Assembly: GCA_001430755.1 (NCBI GenBank)
Contig: CP013062.1
Span: 870,001 to 902,000 of the forward strand
Direction of reading: 5' to 3'
DNA: 32,000 nt
Source of the DNA: Candidatus Peribacter riflensis
GTDB taxonomy: Bacteria; Patescibacteriota; Gracilibacteria; Peribacterales; Peribacteraceae
Numbering within the stretch: position 1 is the first letter of the stretch; every line of letters begins with the position of its first letter. A program made the position numbers and the translations under genes. Shown one piece after another: positions 25,744 to 32,000 of this stretch. The notes below the pieces were generated by a model. The model was not told where the DNA came from and ran no database searches. It saw only the letters and a list, made by a program, of their open reading frames with translations.

Positions 25744-26250
25744 ATGCCACCACCAGAAACACCACAGGCAGGACAGGGGCGTCACAAGGAATGGGCAAGC
25801 AAAGTAATTGCCAGTCGGAGGAGCGATTTCGACAAACTCTGTCAGAGATTTTCAAAATCCCCCGATGCAGTCGAACAGAGCATGGGAGGATTTGTGGGCC
25901 AGCTGCAGGGCATGCTGAAGGAAATGGGCTGTCCGGTTTCTTCTGCCGAAGACACAGCGAAAGCCGCGGAGCTGGTGGGCGAACTGCGCACGCAGTTCGA
26001 AGCTGAAACCGGCAACGAGCCGAATGCCGAAGCCGATGCGGCACTCATCAGGCCATTCGCCCTTGTGCATGCGCTCATTGTCCGGGTGCTCAATGGGCCC
26101 CAGGTACAGAAAAAAGACGCAGCGACGAAGAAGCCTTCCACGGCTCAACCACTGAATGAAACTCCCGCCGCACCCATTGATGCCCCGGCTGGAGCGCCGG
26201 AAGGAGACGGAGAAATCGACTGGGAGGAAATAACAGGGCAGAAAAAATGA
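25744..26250 (+). CDS. hypothetical protein
   Basis: 168-aa ORF divergent from guaA. Its balanced K/E/D-rich composition is unlike the Arg/Pro-rich shadow ORFs. I recognise no motif, and the start is uncertain. Confidence 0.45.
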   Translation: MPPPETPQAGQGRHKEWASKVIASRRSDFDKLCQRFSKSPDAVEQSMGGFVGQLQGMLKEMGCPVSSAEDTAKAAELVGELRTQFEAETGNEPNAEADAALIRPFALVHALIVRVLNGPQVQKKDAATKKPSTAQPLNETPAAPIDAPAGAPEGDGEIDWEEITGQKK

Positions 26251-27645
26251 TCAACGGTGCAGGGACGGAGAGGGGTGCAGCTGCATTGCGAGCAGGAGCC
26301 AGACGCTGTACGCCACTGCACTATCCTCCCATGCATGGAGGAAGAGTGCGGCAATACTGATGCCGAGGAATGTGAGGAAGGCGACCTGCTGAAGTTCCCG
26401 AATCCCCGAGTTCCCGAGTTCCCGAGCAAGCATGCGCAGGATCAACACCACCAACGCCAGGAACAGCACAAACCCCAGCACCCCGAGTTCAACGCCGACT
26501 TGGAGGTACCAGTTCTCAGGCAGGAACGGGCAGCGGCACGCGTGATCCGCCGGTTGAACCTGGGTTGTGCCGAGGAAGACGCAGAGCCGGGGCGTCGTCT
26601 TCGCCCACGACGGATCATCCTGCGGCCGCAAAAAGACGCACGTCTCGCTCACACGGTTACTGGCAGGCCCTGCCGCCCCCAAGCCCTCGCCGAGCGGTTG
26701 AGCCCACATGTGTCCGATGGCCTGCAGCGGACGGACCAGGTGCCCGCGCGAGGAGGAGAGGCGGAAGAAGACTGACGGAAAGAGAAGAGACGCAACGATG
26801 GCAATGGCCACCATGATCAGCACCGCCCCCGCGGCCACACCCTTGAGGAGCCGGCGCGGGACACTCCTGCAGAGCGTCACCATCGCCATGACGAACGCGG
26901 CAATCCACGCTGCTCGGGAAAACGTGAGAAAGAGCGCGACAAGAAGCACGATCGCCGAGACAATCGCAATAGTCCGTGGCCGCGGACGGACCAGCAGTAC
27001 GCTCAAGGGAATGAGAAGCCATAACCCAAACTGATTCGGCCCACTCATCGTTGATTGAATCCGCCGAAGCGCCGTCTCGCTCACTTGTTGGAATGCGGCC
27101 AGCGGACCGTCGGCAAAGTAGAGCGAGTGTGCCGGGGAATAGCCGAGCCACAGAAAAAATTTCATCGGCAAGAACGCTGTGAAAATGCCATACGCGGAAA
27201 CAATGACACCGATTCCAAGAAGAACCTTAAGCGCCATCCGTTGAAACGCTTCCGACCACTGCACTCGACGCGCGACGAGGAAAGAAACAAGCGGAATGAA
27301 GTCGTACCGGAACCCCAGCAGTGCGAGCTTCAGATCTCCATGCGTGAATGCCGTGACGACGAGCCCGAGCACCAGCAACGCAACGATCAATCCATCAATA
27401 ACATCCCATCTGCTACCCGAAGTCCGAAGTCCGAAGTCCGAAGTCCACCGGAAAGATGCGGCTACCTCCGCCACGATCAACAGCAGAATCACTCCCAACA
27501 ATGCCTCTTTCCAGAGCGCAAGGTACGGGAGCGGCGCGTGGCCTTTGCCCATCACGAGCCTCGTGCCCACGGTCACCAGAAGCGCGTGCAGCGGCAGAAG
27601 AGCCAGGAGCAGGAGCGTGAGCCGTTCACGGAGACATTGGAGCAT
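26251..27645 (-). CDS. O-antigen ligase / O-antigen polymerase family (Wzy_C-like) polytopic membrane protein
   Basis: More than 10 hydrophobic helices. Typical core LTFSRAAWIAAFVMAMVTL followed by a large loop ...WAQPLGEGLGAAGP... and ENWYLQVGVELGVLG. This resembles the SRGAW...G.G.G...HNxYLq..aElG pattern. Confidence 0.7.
   Translation of the reverse strand: MLQCLRERLTLLLLALLPLHALLVTVGTRLVMGKGHAPLPYLALWKEALLGVILLLIVAEVAASFRWTSDFGLRTSGSRWDVIDGLIVALLVLGLVVTAFTHGDLKLALLGFRYDFIPLVSFLVARRVQWSEAFQRMALKVLLGIGVIVSAYGIFTAFLPMKFFLWLGYSPAHSLYFADGPLAAFQQVSETALRRIQSTMSGPNQFGLWLLIPLSVLLVRPRPRTIAIVSAIVLLVALFLTFSRAAWIAAFVMAMVTLCRSVPRRLLKGVAAGAVLIMVAIAIVASLLFPSVFFRLSSSRGHLVRPLQAIGHMWAQPLGEGLGAAGPASNRVSETCVFLRPQDDPSWAKTTPRLCVFLGTTQVQPADHACRCPFLPENWYLQVGVELGVLGFVLFLALVVLILRMLARELGNSGIRELQQVAFLTFLGISIAALFLHAWEDSAVAYSVWLLLAMQLHPSPSLHR
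26393..26424 (-). repeat. four tandem octamers (CGGGAACT/CGGGGATT on the coding strand) inside the ligase-like CDS
   Basis: Plus strand reads AGTTCCCG AATCCCCG AGTTCCCG AGTTCCCG. It encodes RELGNSGIREL in an inter-helix loop. Confidence 0.85.
27417..27446 (-). repeat. 4.3 tandem heptamers (CCGAAGT on plus, CGGACTT-type on the coding strand) inside the ligase-like CDS
   Basis: CCGAAGT occurs four times (27417-27444) plus CC. It encodes TSDFGLRTSG in an inter-helix loop. Confidence 0.9.
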
Positions 27646-27652
27646 GTGGCTA

Positions 27653-27721
27653 GAATTAAGAATAATGAATAAAGAATCAAGGAAGAAGATGCTCCGTTGC
27701 TTAATTCGTAATTCTTAATTC
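27653..27721. repeat. AT-rich 11-bp inverted repeat bracketing the ligase/epimerase intergenic region
   Basis: GAATTAAGAAT (27653-27663) pairs with ATTCTTAATTC (27711-27721). The right arm overlaps the epimerase stop codon (27715-27717). The intervening 47 nt are AT-rich in an otherwise GC-rich window. Confidence 0.7.
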
Positions 27722-29058
27722 CCCTCTCGTTTACCCAGTCGTTCCTCATCTGACCGGAACACCTCGCCCTTCTTCAGCACCGTTTCCACCGCATCGATGC
27801 ACTGGGCACTCACGTTTTTGCCGTAGAGCTTCGGCACTTTCTGCATGTCCTTATTGTCCCACGCAAATTCAACCATCTTCTTGATCGCTGCGGCATCCGC
27901 CGGCGGCGCGATGAGGTTGCCGCCCGCCATGGCCGACTCGCTGCGGTCGGACCCGAACCGGAGCGTGACACATGGAATCCCCATGGCATTCATCTCCTCC
28001 TGCATCGATCCGGAATCGGTTGCGCAGACCGAAGCCTTGGTCATGGCCGCCATCACGTCGACGTACTCGGGCCAGACGGGTGAATAGAGGAAGTTCTTGT
28101 GTTTCTTGGCGAGTGCTTCCACCTCTTTCTTGAGCCCCATCCGCTCGAAAGCACGCTCCGTCTGCGTCATTGTGATGAGCAGCACATTGCGACCGTCTTT
28201 CACGAGAGAAACCATCGCATCGTAAATCGCCCTGAACCTGAGATCCGATCCGCAATTCTCTCTGCGATGGATGCAGAAGCGCACAAAGTCGCCTTGGGCG
28301 AGCGTGGGGTACTGATCAAAGACTTTCGCCTGATCGACGCGCGTCATCGCCTCGCCAATGGCATCCACCACAGAGTTGCCCACGACGAAGATGCGGTCTT
28401 CGGGGAACCCCTCGCCGCGCAAAAATTCCCGATCCAGATCGACAGGGGCAAGATGCACACCTGTTGCCGCCTCGCTGCAGCGGGTATTGAACTGCTCCGG
28501 ATACGGCTCCAGGCTCCCCCGTTCCCAGTTCTTCTGGTCCATGAGGAACTTTCTCCAAGCGGCAACATCCATCTCTCCCGAAGTCCGATTCCCGATTCCC
28601 GATTCCCGATACTTCGGCGTCAACGTCCGAATCCCCGCCTCGACATGCACCGACGCAAATCCGTGGCTGAATCCCGCATTGCTCGCCGCCATGGCCGTGG
28701 TGGTGTCGCCGTGCACATAGGGAATGACCACCTTGCCGCGCTCTTTGAGCTCACCGATGACAAACCCGAGCCGCCCGATGATCTGGCTCACGATCTCGTG
28801 CATCACGCCGCGCACGTTTAAGTTGAAATCCGGATCGACCCCGTACTCCTTCAGCATGCCGCCGCTGAGGTTTTCGCTGTAGTGCTGACCCGTGTGCCCG
28901 AGCAGGACCAGGTGCCCGCGCTTCTTCAATTCAAAGTACAGCGGCAGCTGCTTGATGATATCGGGCTTGGTCGCGATGAGAATCAGGTGCACATGGCGCT
29001 GAGGCGCCTTGGCCACCTCGTCAAAGAATTTCTTGGAGCGGTAGGTGATTTCCTGCAT
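27715..29058 (-). CDS. UDP-N-acetylglucosamine 2-epimerase (non-hydrolysing, WecB/MnaA family) with a ~35-aa insertion
   Basis: LILIATKPDIIKQLPL, LLGHTGQHY, VHGDTTTAMAASNAGF, VHVEAGIRT, PYPEQFNTR and VVGNSVVDA. I prefer the ATG at 29058 (TATGCT plus 8 nt upstream). A GTG at 29064 is also possible. Confidence 0.85.
   Translation of the reverse strand: MQEITYRSKKFFDEVAKAPQRHVHLILIATKPDIIKQLPLYFELKKRGHLVLLGHTGQHYSENLSGGMLKEYGVDPDFNLNVRGVMHEIVSQIIGRLGFVIGELKERGKVVIPYVHGDTTTAMAASNAGFSHGFASVHVEAGIRTLTPKYRESGIGNRTSGEMDVAAWRKFLMDQKNWERGSLEPYPEQFNTRCSEAATGVHLAPVDLDREFLRGEGFPEDRIFVVGNSVVDAIGEAMTRVDQAKVFDQYPTLAQGDFVRFCIHRRENCGSDLRFRAIYDAMVSLVKDGRNVLLITMTQTERAFERMGLKKEVEALAKKHKNFLYSPVWPEYVDVMAAMTKASVCATDSGSMQEEMNAMGIPCVTLRFGSDRSESAMAGGNLIAPPADAAAIKKMVEFAWDNKDMQKVPKLYGKNVSAQCIDAVETVLKKGEVFRSDEERLGKREGN
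28578..28617 (-). repeat. heptamer array (CGGGAAT x3 plus CGGACTT on the coding strand) flanked by a 7-nt inverted repeat, inside the epimerase CDS
   Basis: Plus strand reads CCGAAGT CCGATT CCCGATT CCCGATT CCCGAT ACTTCGG. It encodes YRESGIGNRTSGE. CCGAAGT (28578-28584) is the reverse complement of ACTTCGG (28611-28617). Confidence 0.85.
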
Positions 29059-29092
29059 ATGCACTCAGCATAGCTTTCTCGCACCATTCGCA

Positions 29093-29761
29093 CTACACCC
29101 GGCCCTCTTTCACGCTTTTTTCGGTAATGGATGCTCCTTGCGTCACAATGCCCGGAACGGACACGATCTCTTTCTTGAGCAGCTTCTCCCCTTCAAACGT
29201 GTAGACGTACGGGGTGCAGAGGCCGATTTCAAGGGTTGCAGCGGCTTCGGGCTCCAGTGTGTCCAAGTACTTAATGATGGGCCGCAGACTGTTGCCATGA
29301 GCTGCCACAAGTACGGTCTCACCCCGCACGACATGCGGAAAAATCTTGGTGAGGTAATACGGCAGCGTGCGCTTTTCGCAGTCCTCCATGCTCTCGCCAT
29401 TGGGCGGGCGCGTCGCGTAGCTGCGGCGCCAGAGTTGTACCTGTTCCTTGCCGAACTTCTCTGCGGTTTCCGCTTTGTTCAGACCCTGCAGATCACCGTA
29501 GTGCCGTTCATTGAGTGCTGCATCCGCTTCGATCGGGATGCCGGTCTGTTTCAGGGCCTGAAGGATGATCGAAAGTGTTTCGGATGCCCGGTTGAGCTTG
29601 GATGTGAACGCACGATTGAACCGGTGTGATGCAAGAGCTGCAGCCGCCTTGCCGGCGTCCTCACGCCCGCGGTCAGTGAGGGGAATATCGGTCCAGCCCG
29701 CAAAGCGGTTTTCGAGGTTCCACTGCGACTGGCCGTGACGAATGAGGATCAGAACGCCCAT
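29093..29761 (-). CDS. gpmA: 2,3-bisphosphoglycerate-dependent phosphoglycerate mutase
   Basis: LILIRHGQSQWNLENRFAGWTDIPLTDRG, ERHYGDLQGLNK and LVAAHGNSLR. Confidence 0.95.
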   Translation of the reverse strand: MGVLILIRHGQSQWNLENRFAGWTDIPLTDRGREDAGKAAAALASHRFNRAFTSKLNRASETLSIILQALKQTGIPIEADAALNERHYGDLQGLNKAETAEKFGKEQVQLWRRSYATRPPNGESMEDCEKRTLPYYLTKIFPHVVRGETVLVAAHGNSLRPIIKYLDTLEPEAAATLEIGLCTPYVYTFEGEKLLKKEIVSVPGIVTQGASITEKSVKEGRV

Positions 29762-29767
29762 GCGCTC

Positions 29768-29814
29768 AGCCTAGCAGAGACCCTTGCGCCGTGCAGCGCG
29801 AGTCGGTGTACAAT
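29768..29814. promoter_or_regulatory. back-to-back -10-like hexamers in the 62-bp gpmA / small-ORF divergent region
   Basis: On the minus strand, TAGGCT (29773-29768) lies 6 nt before the gpmA ATG at 29761. On the plus strand, TACAAT (29809-29814) lies 9 nt before the ATG at 29824. Confidence 0.45.
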
Positions 29815-29823
29815 CCCCCACAC

Positions 29824-30141
29824 ATGGACTTTCACCGCGTTTCCAATTTTCGTTTCTTCCACACCATCGGATGGGCCGTGCTTCTGTGCGCGCTCATCGT
29901 GGCCGTGGCCGCCACCCTCGGCCGCGCGACATTGAACTTGAAAGCCGCCCTGACCGACAAGCCCGACATCGCCATCTACCTGCTCCTTCCGGAGGAGGAA
30001 ATCGGCCGCACGCTCCTGCTCAGGGACAAAGGTGACGAGCGCGACTATCTGGCCGAAACGAAAGACGGGCCGAAACTCGTGCGCTTAAAGAAGGGTGAGA
30101 AGCAGTGGTACGTGGAGGAAGTGCAGACACTGAGGGAATGA
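29824..30141 (+). CDS. small hypothetical membrane protein
   Basis: One hydrophobic helix (FFHTIGWAVLLCALIVAVAATL). Its stop overlaps the next gene's start in an ATGA junction (30138-30141), which suggests translational coupling. The ATG at 29824 is preceded by TACAAT. Confidence 0.5.
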   Translation: MDFHRVSNFRFFHTIGWAVLLCALIVAVAATLGRATLNLKAALTDKPDIAIYLLLPEEEIGRTLLLRDKGDERDYLAETKDGPKLVRLKKGEKQWYVEEVQTLRE

Positions 30142-30881
30142 GACCTCGTGTCTCCCTCCTCGGCGTACCTTTGGATCCCGTCACCCGGACGGAGGCTGTG
30201 ATGATCATCCGGGGATTTCTGCGCGAGGGAATTCAGCGGCATGTGATGACGCCGAATAACGAAATGCTGGTGGAAGCGGTACACAATGTGCCATTTCAGG
30301 AGCTCCTCAACCGCTCAGATCTGAACATCCCCGATTCCACCGGCCTCCTCAAGATGGCCCGGCTGACGGGACAGAGCTTGCCCGAGCGTGTGACGGGCGT
30401 GGATACCGTCACCTCGCTCTGCAGGGAGCTCACCGAAGAAACTCCTGTTTTCCTCTTGGGGGCGAAACCGGGTGTCGCAGAGGCCGCAGCTGCAACGCTC
30501 ATGAGGCAGAATGCTCGCTTGAAAATCGTCGGCTGCTTTGCGGGAAGCCCAAAGGAAGAAGATGCCCCCGGCATCGTGAACATGATCTGTGCCGCCGCAC
30601 CGCACCTGCTCTTCGTCGCGTTCGGCGCCCCCGCGCAGGATCTGTGGATCGCGAAACACCTCAAAGACCTTCCCTCCGTGCACGTGGCAATGGGCGTCGG
30701 CGGGACCTTCGACTTCCTCGCAGGCGTGCGCAAGCGCGCCCCGATTGGAATGCAGCGCCTCGGGCTGGAATGGCTCTGGCGCCTCCTCAAAGAGCCGAAG
30801 AGAATCGGCAGAATCTGGGAAGCGGTCGTGGTGTTTCCGCTACTGGTACTGCGTTACGGCAAAGATGTTCCGCAGAAATGA
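30138..30881 (+). CDS. WecG/TagA/CpsF-family glycosyltransferase (UDP-ManNAc transferase type)
   Basis: LLGVPLDPVT, VMTPNNEMLV, NIPDSTGLL, VFLLGAKPGVAE, LLFVAFGAPAQDLWI and MGVGGTFDFLAGVRKRAP...GLEWLWRLLKEPKR. I prefer the ATG at 30138 over the track start at 30105. Confidence 0.85.
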   Translation: MRPRVSLLGVPLDPVTRTEAVMIIRGFLREGIQRHVMTPNNEMLVEAVHNVPFQELLNRSDLNIPDSTGLLKMARLTGQSLPERVTGVDTVTSLCRELTEETPVFLLGAKPGVAEAAAATLMRQNARLKIVGCFAGSPKEEDAPGIVNMICAAAPHLLFVAFGAPAQDLWIAKHLKDLPSVHVAMGVGGTFDFLAGVRKRAPIGMQRLGLEWLWRLLKEPKRIGRIWEAVVVFPLLVLRYGKDVPQK

Positions 30882-30883
30882 AA

Positions 30884-31144
30884 TCCAACAAAACAACCTA
30901 CACAAACGGAACAGAAACAAACAGTACACAGCATACAGGTGGGGGCGCGACACGGGGGGTGAAGGGGAAGGCCCTGCCACGCGAAGCGTGGAATGCCGAC
31001 GAGACGAGCCGAAGCCTTGGAGGCAAGGCGAGGAGGAACAGGGCCGGGCGGAGCGGGGATTGGCGCGCACGCGTTTTGGCTCCACCTTTGTCGCTCGGAC
31101 AAAGGTGGAAAGAAATCCAATTCGCCTCACCAGCCTCACTTCGC
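30884..31144 (+). repeat. copy B of the two-copy intergenic element (candidate structured ncRNA or miniature repeat)
   Basis: A/C-rich tract at 30884-30935. Blocks identical to copy A: 30955-30976, 30995-31002, 31009-31023 and 31031-31067. Perfect 12-bp hairpin at 31081-31092/31098-31109. Shared CTCACTTCGC at 31135-31144. Confidence 0.85.
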
Positions 31145-31158
31145 TATAGTGACCCCCC
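31145..31158 (+). promoter_or_regulatory. -10-like TATAGT 8 nt upstream of the dsbA-like ATG (putative leaderless promoter)
   Basis: TATAGT at 31145-31150, then GACCCCCC, then ATG at 31159. There is no Shine-Dalgarno motif. Confidence 0.45.
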
Positions 31159-31890
31159 ATGCGCAAAGCCACCCTCTTCACCTTGAGCTGCAGCCTGCTC
31201 CTCGCAGCCTGCACGCTCCCCACCCCCTCTCGGCAGCAACAGAACTCTCCCGCATCTTCGTCGAGCGCAAGCTCCGAAGAAGTACAACTCCAGGGGGAGG
31301 AAATCGGCGAGGGCATGCCCCTGACTGAGGAACTGACCGAGACCGGCGCTCTGGCCGAACGATTCCTCTCGACTGGCGTACTCGAGATCGGCAACCCACA
31401 GGCGCCTCTGACCCTCCTCATGTTCACCGAACACCACTGCAGCTACTGCCGGCAGGTTTTGCTCGAGCTCTTTCCGCGACTCAAGACAGACGCACTCGAC
31501 TTGGGCAGTGTGAAAGTACAGATCGCCATGCTCCCCCTGCAGAAATACCAGAAGAGCACCGAGGCCGCCCTGGGTTTCATCTGCAGCGCCGCACAGGGCA
31601 AAGGGCTCGCCATGCATGACACCCTCTTCCGCAACCCCAATAAATCCAAGGAGGCGATTCTCTCGTACGCGGTGGATCTGAAGCTCGACACCGCCTTGCT
31701 GCGCGACTGCATGAAGAGCGCACGGACGACCGCCATGCTCGAGGACCAGCAGGTCTGGGCGCAGAGCCTGGGAATAGATGTGGTGCCCACGTTCTTCCTC
31801 AACGGCGAAAAGTTCATCGGGCTCCCGTATTATCCAGATCTCAGGGGCAGAATCGAAGAGGCACTGCAAGCGCTCAAGGAGCAGCAGTGA
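31159..31890 (+). CDS. DsbA/thioredoxin-fold lipoprotein (thiol:disulfide oxidoreductase-like)
   Basis: Lipoprotein signal MRKATLFTLSCSLLLAAC (lipobox LAAC). Active-site-like HHCSYCRQ (CxxC). DsbA-like tail GIDVVPTFFLNGEKFIG. Confidence 0.8.
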   Translation: MRKATLFTLSCSLLLAACTLPTPSRQQQNSPASSSSASSEEVQLQGEEIGEGMPLTEELTETGALAERFLSTGVLEIGNPQAPLTLLMFTEHHCSYCRQVLLELFPRLKTDALDLGSVKVQIAMLPLQKYQKSTEAALGFICSAAQGKGLAMHDTLFRNPNKSKEAILSYAVDLKLDTALLRDCMKSARTTAMLEDQQVWAQSLGIDVVPTFFLNGEKFIGLPYYPDLRGRIEEALQALKEQQ

Positions 31891-31999
31891 TCCGTGCACG
31901 GATGCGCACCGCCTTCGTCCTGGATGTCTGACCTTTGAGTATTTCTACGTGCGATTTCGCCACGCCAAATTCCTTCGCGAGAAACTGGATGAGGGCGGC
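31874..31999 (-). CDS. YggU/DUF167-family protein, 3' end only (gene continues beyond the right window edge)
   Basis: The reverse-strand frame reads AALIQFLAKEFGVAKSHVEILKGQTSRTKAVRIRARITAAP*. This matches the C-terminal consensus of DUF167 as I recall it (..V.I..G.TSR.K.V.I). The stop is at 31874-31876, overlapping the dsbA-like 3' end by 17 nt. It is not in the ORF track because it is truncated. Confidence 0.5.
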   Translation of the reverse strand, partial: AALIQFLAKEFGVAKSHVEILKGQTSRTKAVRIRARITAAP

Positions 32000-32000
32000 A

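Noticed and set aside
24335-25807. 490-aa plus-strand ORF opposite guaA
   Set aside because: guaA on the minus strand is unambiguous (GATase and ATP-PPase motifs). The antisense product is Arg/His/Leu-rich and has no recognisable domain.
27417-28617. Short tandem arrays as a CRISPR array
   Set aside because: The units are only 7-8 nt, directly abutting with no spacers. They lie inside coding frames, and there are no cas genes.
31144-31899. 251-aa minus-strand ORF opposite the dsbA-like gene
   Set aside because: The plus-strand frame has a lipobox, a CxxC site and a DsbA-like tail. The antisense frame is a shadow ORF.
1-32000. Mobile element, prophage, defence island or alternative genetic code
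   Set aside because: I recognise no integrase, transposase, phage structural, restriction-modification, toxin-antitoxin or Cas-like proteins. All conserved genes terminate at standard stops at the expected lengths, with no in-frame TGA/TAG read-through needed.

Overview
GC-rich bacterial chromosomal window with about 28 tightly packed genes. I found no rRNA, tRNA, CRISPR array, transposase, integrase or recognisable defence genes.

Gene content, left to right:
- A 5'-partial ORF, then secD carrying an embedded parvulin-type PPIase domain.
- A trehalose cluster: otsB-otsA on the minus strand (OtsA has an N-terminal two-TM extension), divergent from a GH15 glucoamylase/trehalase-like gene.
- A SEC-C-motif protein and an HExxH protein.
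- folA, thyA and a TrmB-like regulator.
- nth, a DnaQ-like exonuclease, def, gatB and a TyrA-like/ACT protein.
- efp.
- One minus-strand run: a ~1219-aa cysteine-rich repeat surface protein, an ECF sigma factor, then a FecR-like membrane protein.
- guaA.
- An envelope-glycan cluster: O-antigen-ligase-like protein, UDP-GlcNAc 2-epimerase, gpmA, a small membrane ORF and a WecG/TagA transferase.
- A DsbA-like lipoprotein and a 3'-partial YggU/DUF167 gene.

The most interesting signals are non-genic:
1. Two same-orientation copies of a ~260-nt intergenic element (11659-11922 and 30884-31144). Each has an A/C-rich tract, long identical G-rich blocks and a sequence-divergent but perfectly paired 12-bp hairpin. 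This is a candidate unclassified structured RNA or a miniature repeat.
2. A family of 7-8-nt CGGGAAnT/CGGACTT tandem arrays inside envelope-glycan genes and in one intergenic hairpin.
3. TANNNT hexamers 6-10 nt upstream of most start codons with no Shine-Dalgarno motif, which suggests leaderless mRNAs.

All protein calls rest on motif recognition by eye. No database search, HMM scan or RNA folding was run. I cannot assign taxonomy from the sequence alone.
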